Below the pieces are notes generated by a model. The model had not been told where the DNA came from, made no database searches, and saw only the letters and a program-made list of their open reading frames with translations. DNA of 64,000 nt, from contig OZ024740.1 of the NCBI GenBank assembly GCA_964016885.1, positions 275,218,001 through 275,282,000 of the forward strand, written 5' to 3'. Below are positions 41,685 through 52,922 of this stretch, one piece after another. This DNA is from Eledone cirrhosa. Taxonomy: Eukaryota. The stretch's first letter is position 1. The number at the start of each line of letters is the position of its first letter. The position numbers were made by a program, and so were the translations under genes.

Positions 41685-42488
41685 GTGTCTCGCATGTGCA
41701 ACCCCAAAGAACTAGAGAGACACATACAACACTTCATCCACCGTATACAGTTCTCTGGTTACAATCAGAGAGATAAAATCAGAGTATATAAAGGAGCCAG
41801 AACCAAATGGGAAAAAATGGTAAATAATGATACAAATGGGACCTGCCCCTTGTATAGGAGCAAATTTTGGAATAGAATAGAAAGAACTAGGAATAAGGTT
41901 AATAGAATAAACTCATGGTGTGATAGCAATAAAGACCAGAGTGTAATGTTCATCAATACAACCACTAGAGGTGAATTAGCTTACAAATTTAGAAGGGCCC
42001 TAGACAAACATAAACTCAATATTAAGATAGTAGAAAGACCAGGTACCTCCATAAAAACACGTATTAGTAATACATACCCTTTTCAAAGACCTCCCTGTAT
42101 AGATAAGAAATGTATAATCTGTAAACTAAGCCCCCATATTAACTGTAAAACTAGAAATGTAATATATAGCATAAGATGTACTGAAGGACAATGTAGAGAT
42201 AAGAATATAGTGTACATAGGTGAGACAGCTCGTAGTATAGGAGAACGGATAAATGAACACTGGCGAGAGCTTCAAGATAGTAAAGAATCATCTGTACTCC
42301 ACCAACATGCTAAAATAGAATATAAGGGTAAATTAGAGAACATAGAAATAAAAATAGAATCTACATACAGAAAAGACGCAATGTTTAGACAAATCACAGA
42401 GGCAATAAACATAAATGAACTCCAACCAAAATTAAATAGAAAAAATAGAAAACATGAATCGAATAGCAACATCACAACTTACGATTAA
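41685..42488 (+). pseudogene. PLE ORF C-terminus: RT thumb, Cys-rich linker and GIY-YIG endonuclease
   Basis: ...FSGY...CIDKKCIIC...CKTRNVIYSIRC...VYIGETARSIGERINEH...RQITEAININELQPKLN. The frame is open but lacks the RT core. Confidence 0.92.
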
Positions 42489-42680
42489 GGACAAAATGAA
42501 AACACACATAGAACAAACAACCAACCAGTAACATGTAACTAAACAAATAAATAAACAAATATAAACACACACAGACACCCGGATGTAACAGATGCGCAAA
42601 CTAAGCACACAACACACACAAAAAGAAGATGGCGTAGGACAGAACAAAGGAGAGGCACAAAAACAAAGAAAAGAATCCCA

Positions 42681-42723
42681 GTCACTGAAGAGGTCACAGA
42701 ATGTGTGACGAAAGAACTTTGAC
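42681..42723 (+). ncRNA. Minimal type I HHR in the PLE 3' region (mirror copy at 40995-41037, minus strand)
   Basis: GTCA CTGAAGA G GTCACA-GAATG-TGTGAC GAAA GAAC T T TGAC. Confidence 0.8.
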
Positions 42724-43200
42724 AATATATGAACAATCGTCTGGTTGTGGAACCAACCAACCAACCGGAAATTTATAAATTTAATTTATAATAAATTGAA
42801 GTGAAAGCAACTGTTGCATGTGTTTCTTATTGGCAACATGACCCTCCCAAAGCATAACAATATATATATATACATATATATATATAAATATACACATATA
42901 TACACACATACATACATACAATATATATATATACATATATATATAAATATACACATATATACACACATACATACATATATATATATACATACATATACAT
43001 ATATATATATATTTATATATATATAAACACATAAATGTATATATTTATAAAATTAAAAAAGTGGAAGGGGTATTCAAATAGTTGGAAATACGACAAATAA
43101 TAAATAAAGACATAAATGTTTATAGCTAATTTAGAGCACTCAACAAAATTCCTGGAGCAAATATTCAATGATAATAAACATATAACTTTGTTTATAATGA

Positions 43201-43237
<37 letters not shown>

Positions 43238-43259
43238 GTACACACACACAGATATATAC

Positions 43260-43303
<44 letters not shown>

Positions 43304-43309
43304 TATATT

Positions 43310-43731
43310 ATATTTAGAGTTATAAACTCAAACAGTCCTTTACAATTAATTAGCTCAAAGTAAGAAGCATTTCTGAGCCGTGAAATACAAGTTAATATAA
43401 ATTAATATCTGATAAATATTAATTGTTTCTACTTTAGGCACAAGGCCAGCAATTACCCAGTGCATTACTGGTACTTTATTTTATCGACCCCGTAAGGATG
43501 AAAGGCAAAGTCAACCTCGGCGGGATTTGAACTCAGATTGTAAAGGGACGTAACTATGCTGTAAAGCATGGCGTCCAACCGTCTACCGATACTGCCAATC
43601 CACCGCCTGATAAATATTAATATAGACATATAAGTGTTTGTATTGTAAATGACCAAGTTGGTCATTTACAATACAAACACTTATATGTCTATATTAGTGT
43701 TTATCATATATTAATTTATATTAACTTGTAT
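43310..43731. mobile_element. Family E fold-back element interrupted by a SINE
   Basis: Palindrome centred on 43657 (GACCAA-G-TTGGTC); related to 54961-55120. Confidence 0.8.
43424..43606 (-). mobile_element. Full-length SINE-A with a 15 bp TSD
   Basis: CTGATAAATATTAAT at 43409-43423 and 43607-43621. Confidence 0.92.
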
Positions 43732-43739
43732 ATATATAT

Positions 43740-44968
43740 CACCATCATCATCATCATCATCATCATCGTTTAAAGTCCATCTTCCACGCTAGCATAGGTC
43801 TGGACGGAAATTGTCCCACTTGAGGCAAGATTGGTTGTCTTGCACAGGACTGTCTGGCGGGTTTTCTACGGCTGGATGCCCTTCTAACACCAACCACGTT
43901 TACAGTGTGGACTGGGAGGTTTTTACCGTGTTACCTACACGGCCACATTACAGCGTGGACTGTGTGTGTTTTTGTCGCGACACCTACACGACCTCATTTA
44001 TTTAGGACTGGATGTTGTGGTATCAACATAGTTTTACAATCGAAAGGGGTGGTGTAGATTACGGTGTGGTAGGGGTAGTGGGACGGGGGTGTATTATGGT
44101 TTAGAGGTGCCTACTGACTGTAGGTTTCGCTTTGTACTGAGGCATGATGGGTCTTCTGTATTACTACGTAGCGCCAAAGATCTCGGCCCAGGGACATTGT
44201 CTTGGAGAGGTGTAAGTGTGTAAGGTCGGATTTTATCAAGTCGTCCCAGGTTCTTTGGGGTCTGCCTACTCCGTAGCTACCGTCTATTTTGATCGCCCTG
44301 CACTTTTTTATACATCTGTCATCTTTCATGCGCATCACGTGACCAGACCAACGTAGTCTTCTCTCGAGTAAACAGCATCTGATTCCTCTTATTCCTAATT
44401 TCTCACTTAGTTCATTTATGCTTTGCCGTTCGCGTATATTACTATTACACACCCAACGGAGCATGCAAGCTTCGTTCCTCTCCAGTCTGCGTAGATCATC
44501 TGCACACAATGCCCAGGTCTCACTGCCATGTAACATCACTGTTCGTATGCAGGCATCATACAGCCTGCCTTTTATTTTTAGAGAGAAACCTTTAGCGACC
44601 AATAGTGGTATAAGCTCTCTGAACTTTTTCCATCCCGTTCGGACTCTAGCTACAGTACTTTCGGAGCACCCTCCACCACTGCTGATTTTGTCACCCAGGT
44701 AACGGAAGGTGTCCACTATTTCTATAGAACCATCTGGGCAATGGAATGAGCTAGTATTCTGTGGGCATTTGCTGCTACTTATTGCACCAGAGCACGGCCA
44801 TTTCCCAGATGGGACCAGTGCCGTATTCACCTTCGTACATATTAGGACTTTAGACTTAGACAAGTTAACTTTAAGGTCTTTTGTTTCTAGGCCATGCTTC
44901 CATATTTGGAATTTCTTCTCTAGTTCAGCCATTGATTCGGCTATGAGTGTTAGATCATCTGCGTATAG
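43740..44968 (-). pseudogene. 5'-truncated RTE-2 (open frame from YADD to the stop) with the Cys/His finger deleted
   Basis: ORF 44111-45013: LYADDL...GKWPCSGAISS...FRYLG...GRPQRTW, followed by the long 3'UTR and (TGA)n tail. The ORF N-terminus is microsatellite read-through. Confidence 0.95.
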
Positions 44969-44971
44969 AAG

Positions 44972-45002
<31 letters not shown>

Positions 45003-45082
45003 TACACACACACACATACATAAAGTTACATCACCGCATAAACGAAAATACACACACACACAAAATCACACAAACACACACA

Positions 45083-45175
<93 letters not shown>

Positions 45176-45290
45176 ATAATAATAAATTTGAAGACTAAAA
45201 TCCAAAGAGGGTTCGATAAGAAGATCCTGTTAAGGGTGAAAGCAACGAATCTTTGCTTAAACTTTAATCTGTTATTTTAATAAATAAATA

Positions 45291-45335
<45 letters not shown>

Positions 45336-45714
45336 TATACATACACATATATATACACATATATACATAAACAGACATACATACATATACAAACACACAC
45401 ATATATATATATATATACATATACACATATATATAAAATTATATATGTGTATATATATACACGTACATAAAAACATATATATATATATATAAACAAATAT
45501 ACATACATACACAAGCTCATATACATAAACGTGCATATTCACGCACAAAAAATAACATACTCACAAAAGCACACACACACATAAATATATATATATATAT
45601 ACACACATATATATACATATATATATACATCTACATACACATATATATATATATATACATATATATACACACACACATACATATACATACACACAGAAAT
45701 ACATATCTGTAACT

Positions 45715-46790
45715 AAAAAAGAGGTGGGTGTGGAAAGGGTAAGGTAGAAAATAAGGGGAATAAGAAAAATAAATAACAGGAAAAAAGTTTAAATATAAGA
45801 GGAGATAAGGGAGAAATGGTATAAGGGTACAGAAAGTGGGTTCGGAGAGTAATAAAAATCGTAGTGGATGTGCGGCTTAATGAGCAAAGAAGAAGTTCAA
45901 GGTGGTTGAGTCATCGTAGGAATGTCAATCCAGTTACAGAGCAGATGTGATTTCAGGTGAGGATAACATCTGAAGATCTCGGTCTTGGAGTTAAGGCAAG
46001 TGGAAGTGGCTTTCAAATTTTGTAGAATTCTGAACTTTTCAGTGGTGCACAAAGAACAATTCTTTGAGCCCCTTTGGTATTCCCTCGAATGGTCTAAATA
46101 GACCAATCGATAGAGTACGGGATGTTTTTGTCTTTCAATTCCCACACCTTATTTGCGAGAGCCGTTGCTGTTCTTTTATCAGAGTGTTTAAAAGAAGCGA
46201 CATGTGCATAAAACCTGGTTTTGAACCTGTCCTGAGTCATGCCAACATATCGTTCACACCTGGCTGGCTGGTTGTTAATCAACGGTGTCAATTTGGCCTC
46301 ATACACAACGGATTTGGTATTAGATTTGCCCTGTAATGGGCATTCTTCCGGTTTGCTGAAACTGCATCCTGGATTTACTCTCGTACGATTAGAGTTGGTA
46401 ATTTTAGACTCCATTGATGGACCGCAAGAGTAACTGATTTTAACTACATTTCTATTAAATATCTTATAATATGGGATTAGGGGGAAAATGTTTGTCTAGG
46501 AGGTCAAGGAATTTCCTTCCTACATTAGTTTTGACAGTTAGAGAGAAGGGGGATGTGTAACCAAATAATTTTCCTTTTCCTATTATTGTGATTAGTGTTA
46601 GGGGGAGGAGTAAATATTTAATATGTTCTGTAAAGCCGCTTTTATTGAGGGCCTTATTATAATAAGGGGCGGATTTGTTAAAGATGTCTAGAGACGAAGA
46701 TAATCCTACGGCTAATATTGGGAATAAGATTTTTAAAAACTATAGGGGGATGGCAAGACTCTTTGTGTATATATCTTAGATTCTCATTCT
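45715..46790 (-). pseudogene. Second Penelope-like element of a different clade (resembles Hydra-type): RT C-terminus plus GIY-YIG, frameshifted
   Basis: YIHKESCHPP, TNVGRKFLDLLDKHFPP, CPLQG...SVVYEA...RYVGMT..RFKTRFYAH..SF, and C-terminal CSLCTTEK..I...LNSKTEIF. The clade name is from recalled motif pattern only. Confidence 0.85.
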
Positions 46791-46795
46791 AGATT

Positions 46796-46893
46796 CTACC
46801 TTTTATAGTGTCAAAGTTAATTGTTGCAGTTTGGTAGTATATATATATATACTACCAAACTGCAATAATTAACTTTGACACTATAAAAGGTAG
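46796..46893. repeat. ~100 bp palindrome centred on (TA)n at the PLE 5' junction
   Basis: CTACCTTTTATAGTGTCAAAG...GGTAG-(TA)n-CTACC...CTTTGACACTATAAAAGGTAG with one mismatch. Confidence 0.9.
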
Positions 46894-47035
46894 GTCTTGA
46901 GAAATCACAGAGATTCTAGAGAGGAGGCATTTAAATATGTGTTGTGTGCAAGAGGTAAGATGGACAGGAACTGCAGCCAGACCTTTCATGGGCAAAAAAG
47001 TATACATACAAGTTCTTTTGGGTATATACATAGCT
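46851..47035 (+). pseudogene. RTE AP-endonuclease N-terminal fragment
   Basis: NFDTIKGRS*EITEILERRHLNMCCVQEVRWTG...YKFFW. Confidence 0.75.
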
Positions 47036-47039
47036 TTGA

Positions 47040-48635
47040 TAGGTTTCAGCCAGTATTGGCCCAGGCCATGTCTAACTTAATAGCACAACCTGGCAAAGTC
47101 TTTCAAATCAGAATTTGGAAACTAGGGCCCACTCAAGTAGAGTTATTGTGTGTAGGAGAGACATATCCGTGTGTAGGAGGATTATCCAAGATTTCTTGAA
47201 GGAATTTGTCCAAAGACTTCTTGAACTTTATGGGGTCTGTTTCTGTTTTAATGTGTTTTGGTGTAATGTTAAAGAGACAGGGGTCAATTGAGGTGAAATA
47301 ATTGTGCCGTATTGTTGTTATGAGATGCGAGTCTTGGGTGTATCTTAAAGGTGATGCCAACATCATTTGAGCAATGCTGATGGAATATTATCGACATCAT
47401 GCAGATGATGAAACGCTCACGGTGATATTGGAGAGAATAAAGTTTGAGCTTTTCTAGTTGATCCCAATAGTCAAGGCCTATCATGCCATCTATCTTTTTT
47501 GTAATTGACCTTTGGGGTACTTCAATCTTCACTATTTTGTTTTGTGTGGGGAGACCAATGTTCTTTGGTTATTGATGATGGTCTTCATGCATTGTTGTAA
47601 GTTATATTTTTTTTATTCGAGCAGTACAATAGCCATCGAATGTGTGTGTTGCTGTTGGCAGAATTTTAGTTTGTTAATATTTTTGTTTGTTCTTTTTATT
47701 TTTCTGATAATCTGTTTTGGGGATTCTACACTTAGTTTTGTTTGGGGTGTATTTTCCACATATGACAGTATCTACAAATATCTGCCAAGATGTTTTGATT
47801 TTGGTGGAGATGTGTGCGTGTGTGAAAGACCAATCAACATGTGATAGCCCATTCATGATTGCCTCCCAGTTGGCATTATAGAGATCCATATTATCAAATA
47901 TGAGGGCTGGATTGAGGTCACTAGGATTAGCTTTTGCTGGTTTAATCTCAGGTTACAGAGAACTATGTCATGGTCAGAAAGAAGGGTTTTTTCCAATGTA
48001 ATATTATGTATAGTGTTAGTGTGGTTACTAAACACTAGGTCCAAAATGTTCTTCTGATATCTTGTTGGTGCAAGAACAAGTTGGGACAAGAAAAACTCAT
48101 TCATAAAGTCGAGAAGTGACTCAACTGCTTCTCTGGCAGCAATGGAGGTGGGAATGCCTGGTTTCAAACTGTTTGTAGACCAATCAACACAGGGTAGATT
48201 AAAGTCTCCCATCATAAGTATGTTTCTAGAATGGCACTGTTGAATAAATCACTCAATGCCGTTGAGTCATTCTTTAAAGCGCAGTATGGGTGTGTGGGGT
48301 GGCCTGTAGAGCCCAACTATTATCAGGTCATTTGTTTTGCTGTGCATGGTGACTGATTCACAGTAGCTATTGGGGAATGTGATATTTTCATCTGCCATAA
48401 AGGAATCATGCAGGAAAATGACAGTTCCACCCTTCCTTCTGTCGACACGATCTGCGGTGATGGTTGAGAAATTCCTCACTTTCACTTCGGCTTCCAAGTG
48501 GGAATTGTCAAGGTGGGTCTCAGTATGAATGAAGAAAGGGGTGTGGTGTGGATGGTTACTAACCCAATCCTCAATGAACTGGACCTTCCATTTTTGTGCA
48601 TTGATGGAAGGGCTGACAGCTTGTGCATTGAGTAT
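47040..48635 (-). pseudogene. CR1/L2-group LINE ORF2: AP endonuclease plus C-terminus, with the RT core deleted
   Basis: ILNAQ, HTETHL, DRVDRRKGG, MGDFNLP, PTR, ILDLVF and SDH (47853-48635), then KIE..QRSITKKI...LKLYSLQ..RER and FKKSLDKFL (47133-47532). Confidence 0.88.
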
Positions 48636-48879
48636 ATATCTATGTATATAGATATGCATATATATGTGTATACATGTATACAAACCTATTTATATATCAG
48701 GATTAAACCAGTAGTAAACTATCATTCAGACCATTATTCAACAGAGTACTCAATACTTGGGATAGTAGAGTGTGACTATATTAGAAAGAGTCAGAGCTCG
48801 ATGGCTGAGCCCTTGTCATTCTGACAGCTAGTTCCACACATAATTACACACATATATATATATACACACACATATATGT

Positions 48880-49180
48880 GGGTGACTAAACCGGCAAGCC
48901 CACCAAGTTTACTTGGTGAGGAGGGTGATTTTGGACACCATGCAGGACAAAAAACAAAACCTGACAAAGGGCAGAAGAACTCATAAGTGTCAACGGCCAT
49001 CCAAATATGTGTAAATATGTATATACACATGTACATATGTATGTATATGCGCAGGGACATAGAAATAGTTGGGCTGGACACCAAATCGCACGGTTAAACC
49101 AGTGGGAGTGAAGGACTTCTAGCCTTTGTTAAGGCATTCTTCTAGGAGAAGGCAACTCAGGAAACTGGGATAACTCCGAA
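48880..49180 (+). mobile_element. Probable RTE 5'UTR fragments
   Basis: GGTGACTAAACCGGCAAG...GAGGGTGATTTTGGACA...GGCCATCCAA and TTAAGGCATTCTTCTAGGAGAAGG. An inverted homolog lies at 51070-51260. Confidence 0.5.
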
Positions 49181-49189
49181 ATAAAAGGA

Positions 49190-49570
49190 GGCACATGGCT
49201 TAGTGGTTAGAGCATTGGCCTTGCAATCGAAAGGTTGTGAGTTCAATTCTCAGACCGGGTGATGTGTTGTTTCCTTGAGCAAGACACTTTATTTCACATT
49301 GCTCCAGTTTACTCAGCTGTAGAAATGAGATGATAGGGACTGGGGTCCCTATCATTCCACTGCAAAGTGATCGTGGAGGTGCCATGGCAAAAAGGCACCC
49401 AGCCCACACTGTAAAGTGGACGTGTAGGCACACAGAAAAAAAAAAGCACCCAACACTCACTGTAAATGAGGTTGGTGTTAGGAAGGGCATCCAGCTGTAG
49501 AAATCAAGCCAGAATCAGTTCCCGTCCCACCGTTGCAAGCAAGGAAAAGCGGACGTAAAATGATGATGAT
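49190..49570 (+). mobile_element. Full-length SINE-B
   Basis: Nearly identical to 14031-14410. Confidence 0.9.
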
Positions 49571-50387
49571 AAAACCTGCGGCTCAGTGGTTACCGATGAT
49601 GTTGATCTTTTCTTCTTTTCGGGTTATAGTTACTGTCCCTCAGAGAGTGGGTTTGGCTCAGTGCACATTCTTTCCTCACTTTAATAAATATCTTCACGCA
49701 CAGGCATTGCATGATAGAATTAATTAATAATTATTAATAATGATATATCGTGCAATGGCCATACTCGATAATGAGGGGGCAGCCATCATCATATATATAT
49801 AATCTGTAGAAATATATACCATATATAAAATGTATATCTTTTATACAAATATAGAATTTCAAAGAGAAAACATGGTGTATAACTTAACAGGTAAAAGCCA
49901 TTCATTAGGAATTCAAAGAATGTATGTTTGTTACCTTCAGGTTCTTCAGATAATATTCACTTCTATTGGTTCTTTATACTTTTGCATATTTGTGTGTATG
50001 CGGTGTTTGTGGATGTGTGTGAAGTAAGTCCCAGTATTCTCTCAGCTAGAAGGCTGAAACCTGTACAAGATATATATTTACTTATATAGATGTAGATAAG
50101 CTTGCACAAACTCTAAATACACATAACATATAAAACTATATGCATGTATGTGTATCATCATATAATTATATATGTATCTTTTTTTTTTATTCGAGATGTG
50201 TGTGTATGTATACGTAAGCCTGTGTGTTGCATTTACTTATGTTGAATGAAAATATGCATGTGGCTCCTTAGAGAACATAAAACATTATGTGATCTTCCAT
50301 ATGTGCATGAACCCATATATTATTAGCCTTGTGAGTAGGGAGAATGGATATCAAAACAATAATACTATGTACACCGACACAAACATG

Positions 50388-50420
<33 letters not shown>

Positions 50421-50582
50421 TCACACATATATGTCATTATTACCATCATCATCAGAGCATTCTACCAATGAAGTGTTTGAGGACTCTGCCCCAATGACCT
50501 TCTCAGAAATAAGTGGGCGGAGAAGAAGAAGCAGAAGAAAAAGAAGAAGAAGGAGAATCATCATCATCATCAATAATAATAA

Positions 50583-50770
50583 TAATTGTTTCTTCTTTAG
50601 GCACAAGGCCAACAAATTAGCCAGTACATTACTGGTACTTTATTTTATCGACCCCATAAGGATGAAAGGTAAAGTTAACCTCGGCAGGATTTGAACTCAG
50701 ACTGTAAAGGGGCGTAACTATGCTAGAAAGCATGGCGTCCAACCCTCTACCAATACTGCCAATTCATCGC
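50583..50770 (-). mobile_element. SINE-A copy flanked by (AAT)n
   Basis: Reverse complement of the SINE-A consensus. Confidence 0.85.
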
Positions 50771-50773
50771 CCT

Positions 50774-50823
<50 letters not shown>

Positions 50824-51509
50824 TAATCCACTGTTGATGCTTGCAGGGATTGGCCAGGACGAAGTCAGTACTGAAGTGGTGCTGCTGATCTCCCAAGCAG
50901 GCTATGTTTCACATTCCATTTACAAAGGTTCCCACATTCTAATGAGTACATTTTATCATGGCACCTGCAAGAGAGGGGTTGTCATGGCTTTGAATACCTC
51001 TAATCGATTTTTGCAACTTATTGGGGTGTAATCAGAGGATGTCTAAATTACAGGTTTTATATCAGAGTGGTCTTCTCCTAGAGAGATTTCTTAATGACGA
51101 CTTGGAGTCTCTCGCTCCACAAAAAAAAAAGTATTGGATGGCCACTAACTCTTCTTAGTTCCTCCACCCTTTGAGAGGTTTTGTTTTTTCATCTGCAGGT
51201 TGTCCAAAATCACCCTCCACATCAAGCAAGCTAGGCAGAGTTGCCAGTTTACTCGCCGACGACCTGAGCCTGCACACACACATATATATAGATACATAGA
51301 TGTGCAAAAGGCAAACAGAAATAACAGAGCAAATGACACAGTACAATGAAGAAATATATTATGAATTTTAAATTTGATATAGTAGGAAAAGAGTCATGAC
51401 GTTTCCGACGTTAGTCCTTAATCAGAAAATGGGATGAGAAATTAAAGAAAAAGGGGGGGGGGGCAGAAATGAAAATTAATTTCTTATAGAAAAAACAGGT
51501 TTATTCAAG

Positions 51510-51780
51510 TTGCCATACTCCAATGAACTTGTAATAGTAATATACATGAATGGCAGGGCAAAAACAAACTGAGAGAGAAACTAAGCATAAGAGGAATGAA
51601 ATGCTGGGTGCAAGAGAGTAGATTACATTGGTATGGACATGACTTGCATATGAAGGATGACAGCTGTATAAAAAGGTGCAGAGTACTCAAAGTCGATGAA
51701 AACTTTGGAGTGGAATACTTGCGATGAGATGATAAAAGCTGACCTTGCCCAATTGCACCTCTCAAAGGTGATGACACACC
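51510..51780 (+). pseudogene. Decayed RTE-2 3' coding fragment
   Basis: EKLSIRGMKCWVQESRLHWYGH; homologous to 26955-27230. Confidence 0.75.
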
Positions 51781-51864
51781 TTTGTTTTATTTGCCATCCC
51801 TTGACATAATACATTTATACCATATTTTACTGGATTTCTGAAGTCCTCACCAGTCAATTATATA

Positions 51865-51945
<81 letters not shown>

Positions 51946-51955
<10 letters not shown>

Positions 51956-52758
51956 AGAATCAAAGCTATGTTCAAAGCATTTATTCACTTACAATTGTTT
52001 CATCAAAACCTAGGCTTGGAGTCTTCGGAGCATTTTTCAATGTTTGCACATATAATTGACCTCCTTTCCGACGCAAGAGACATACAGATACATATATATA
52101 TATTGATGTACAGTGGAGTGACATATATTACACTATACTATTTTTGTACAGCAATTCAAATTCAAGATCAAAATCAAAATCAAAATTAAAATTAAAATTA
52201 AAATTAAAATACATTCGGCAGATAACACAGATAATGCAGGAGGATAGTTTTATTTTTTATTTTTATTTTTCTGCACACATACTTTTTTGATCTATACTAA
52301 AAATACCCTACCACTACAACCACCATAATACTCTTGCTTACCCACTTAAAGTGCTTGCATTACATGTAACACCTTGCCACACAATAATCGTATAAAAATG
52401 AGACACACTTGCATGCTCCATGTGTAACTAACGCATACACTACCTACTAGATCTGACTATCAAACTATCCTTCTGCATTATCTGTGTTATCTGCCGAATG
52501 TATTTTTATTTTTATTTTTATTTTATTTTGATTTTGATTTTGATTTTGATTTTGAATTTGAATTGCTGTACAAAAGTAGTATAGTGTAATATATGTCACT
52601 CCACTGTACATCAATATATATATATGTATCTGTATGTCTCTTGCGTCGGAAATGAGGTCAATTATATGTGCAAACATTGAAAAATGGTCCGAAGACTCCA
52701 AGCCTAGGTTTGGATGAAACAATTGTAAGTGAATAAATGCTTTGATTCTTGTGAATTC
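51946..52758. mobile_element. Fold-back element with an HHR motif in each arm
   Basis: Arms 51946-52240 and 52462-52758. Motif TG(C/G)T CCGAAGA ...hairpin... GAAA CAATTG T A AGTG at 51986-52032 (-) and 52685-52731 (+). Confidence 0.85.
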
Positions 52759-52922
52759 TATATAACTGCTCTGTAGAACAACTGATGTTCTTACATTGAG
52801 CTATTTATCTTACTGGTAATAAGGTAGTAATAAATTACTGAACTTCACTGTTTAAGGTTTAAAATATACATAACTATAAAAAGTTTAATATATACATAAC
52901 TATAAATAGTATTCTTAATATT

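Larger units (their letters stand above)
40803..42860 (+). mobile_element. 5'-truncated Penelope-like element with a long inverted 5' copy of its 3' end
   Basis: 40840-41597 is the reverse complement of about 42105-42860, and 41599-41660 of 41807-41868. It has a GIY-YIG ORF, a 3' HHR and (TA)n on both sides. Confidence 0.92.
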
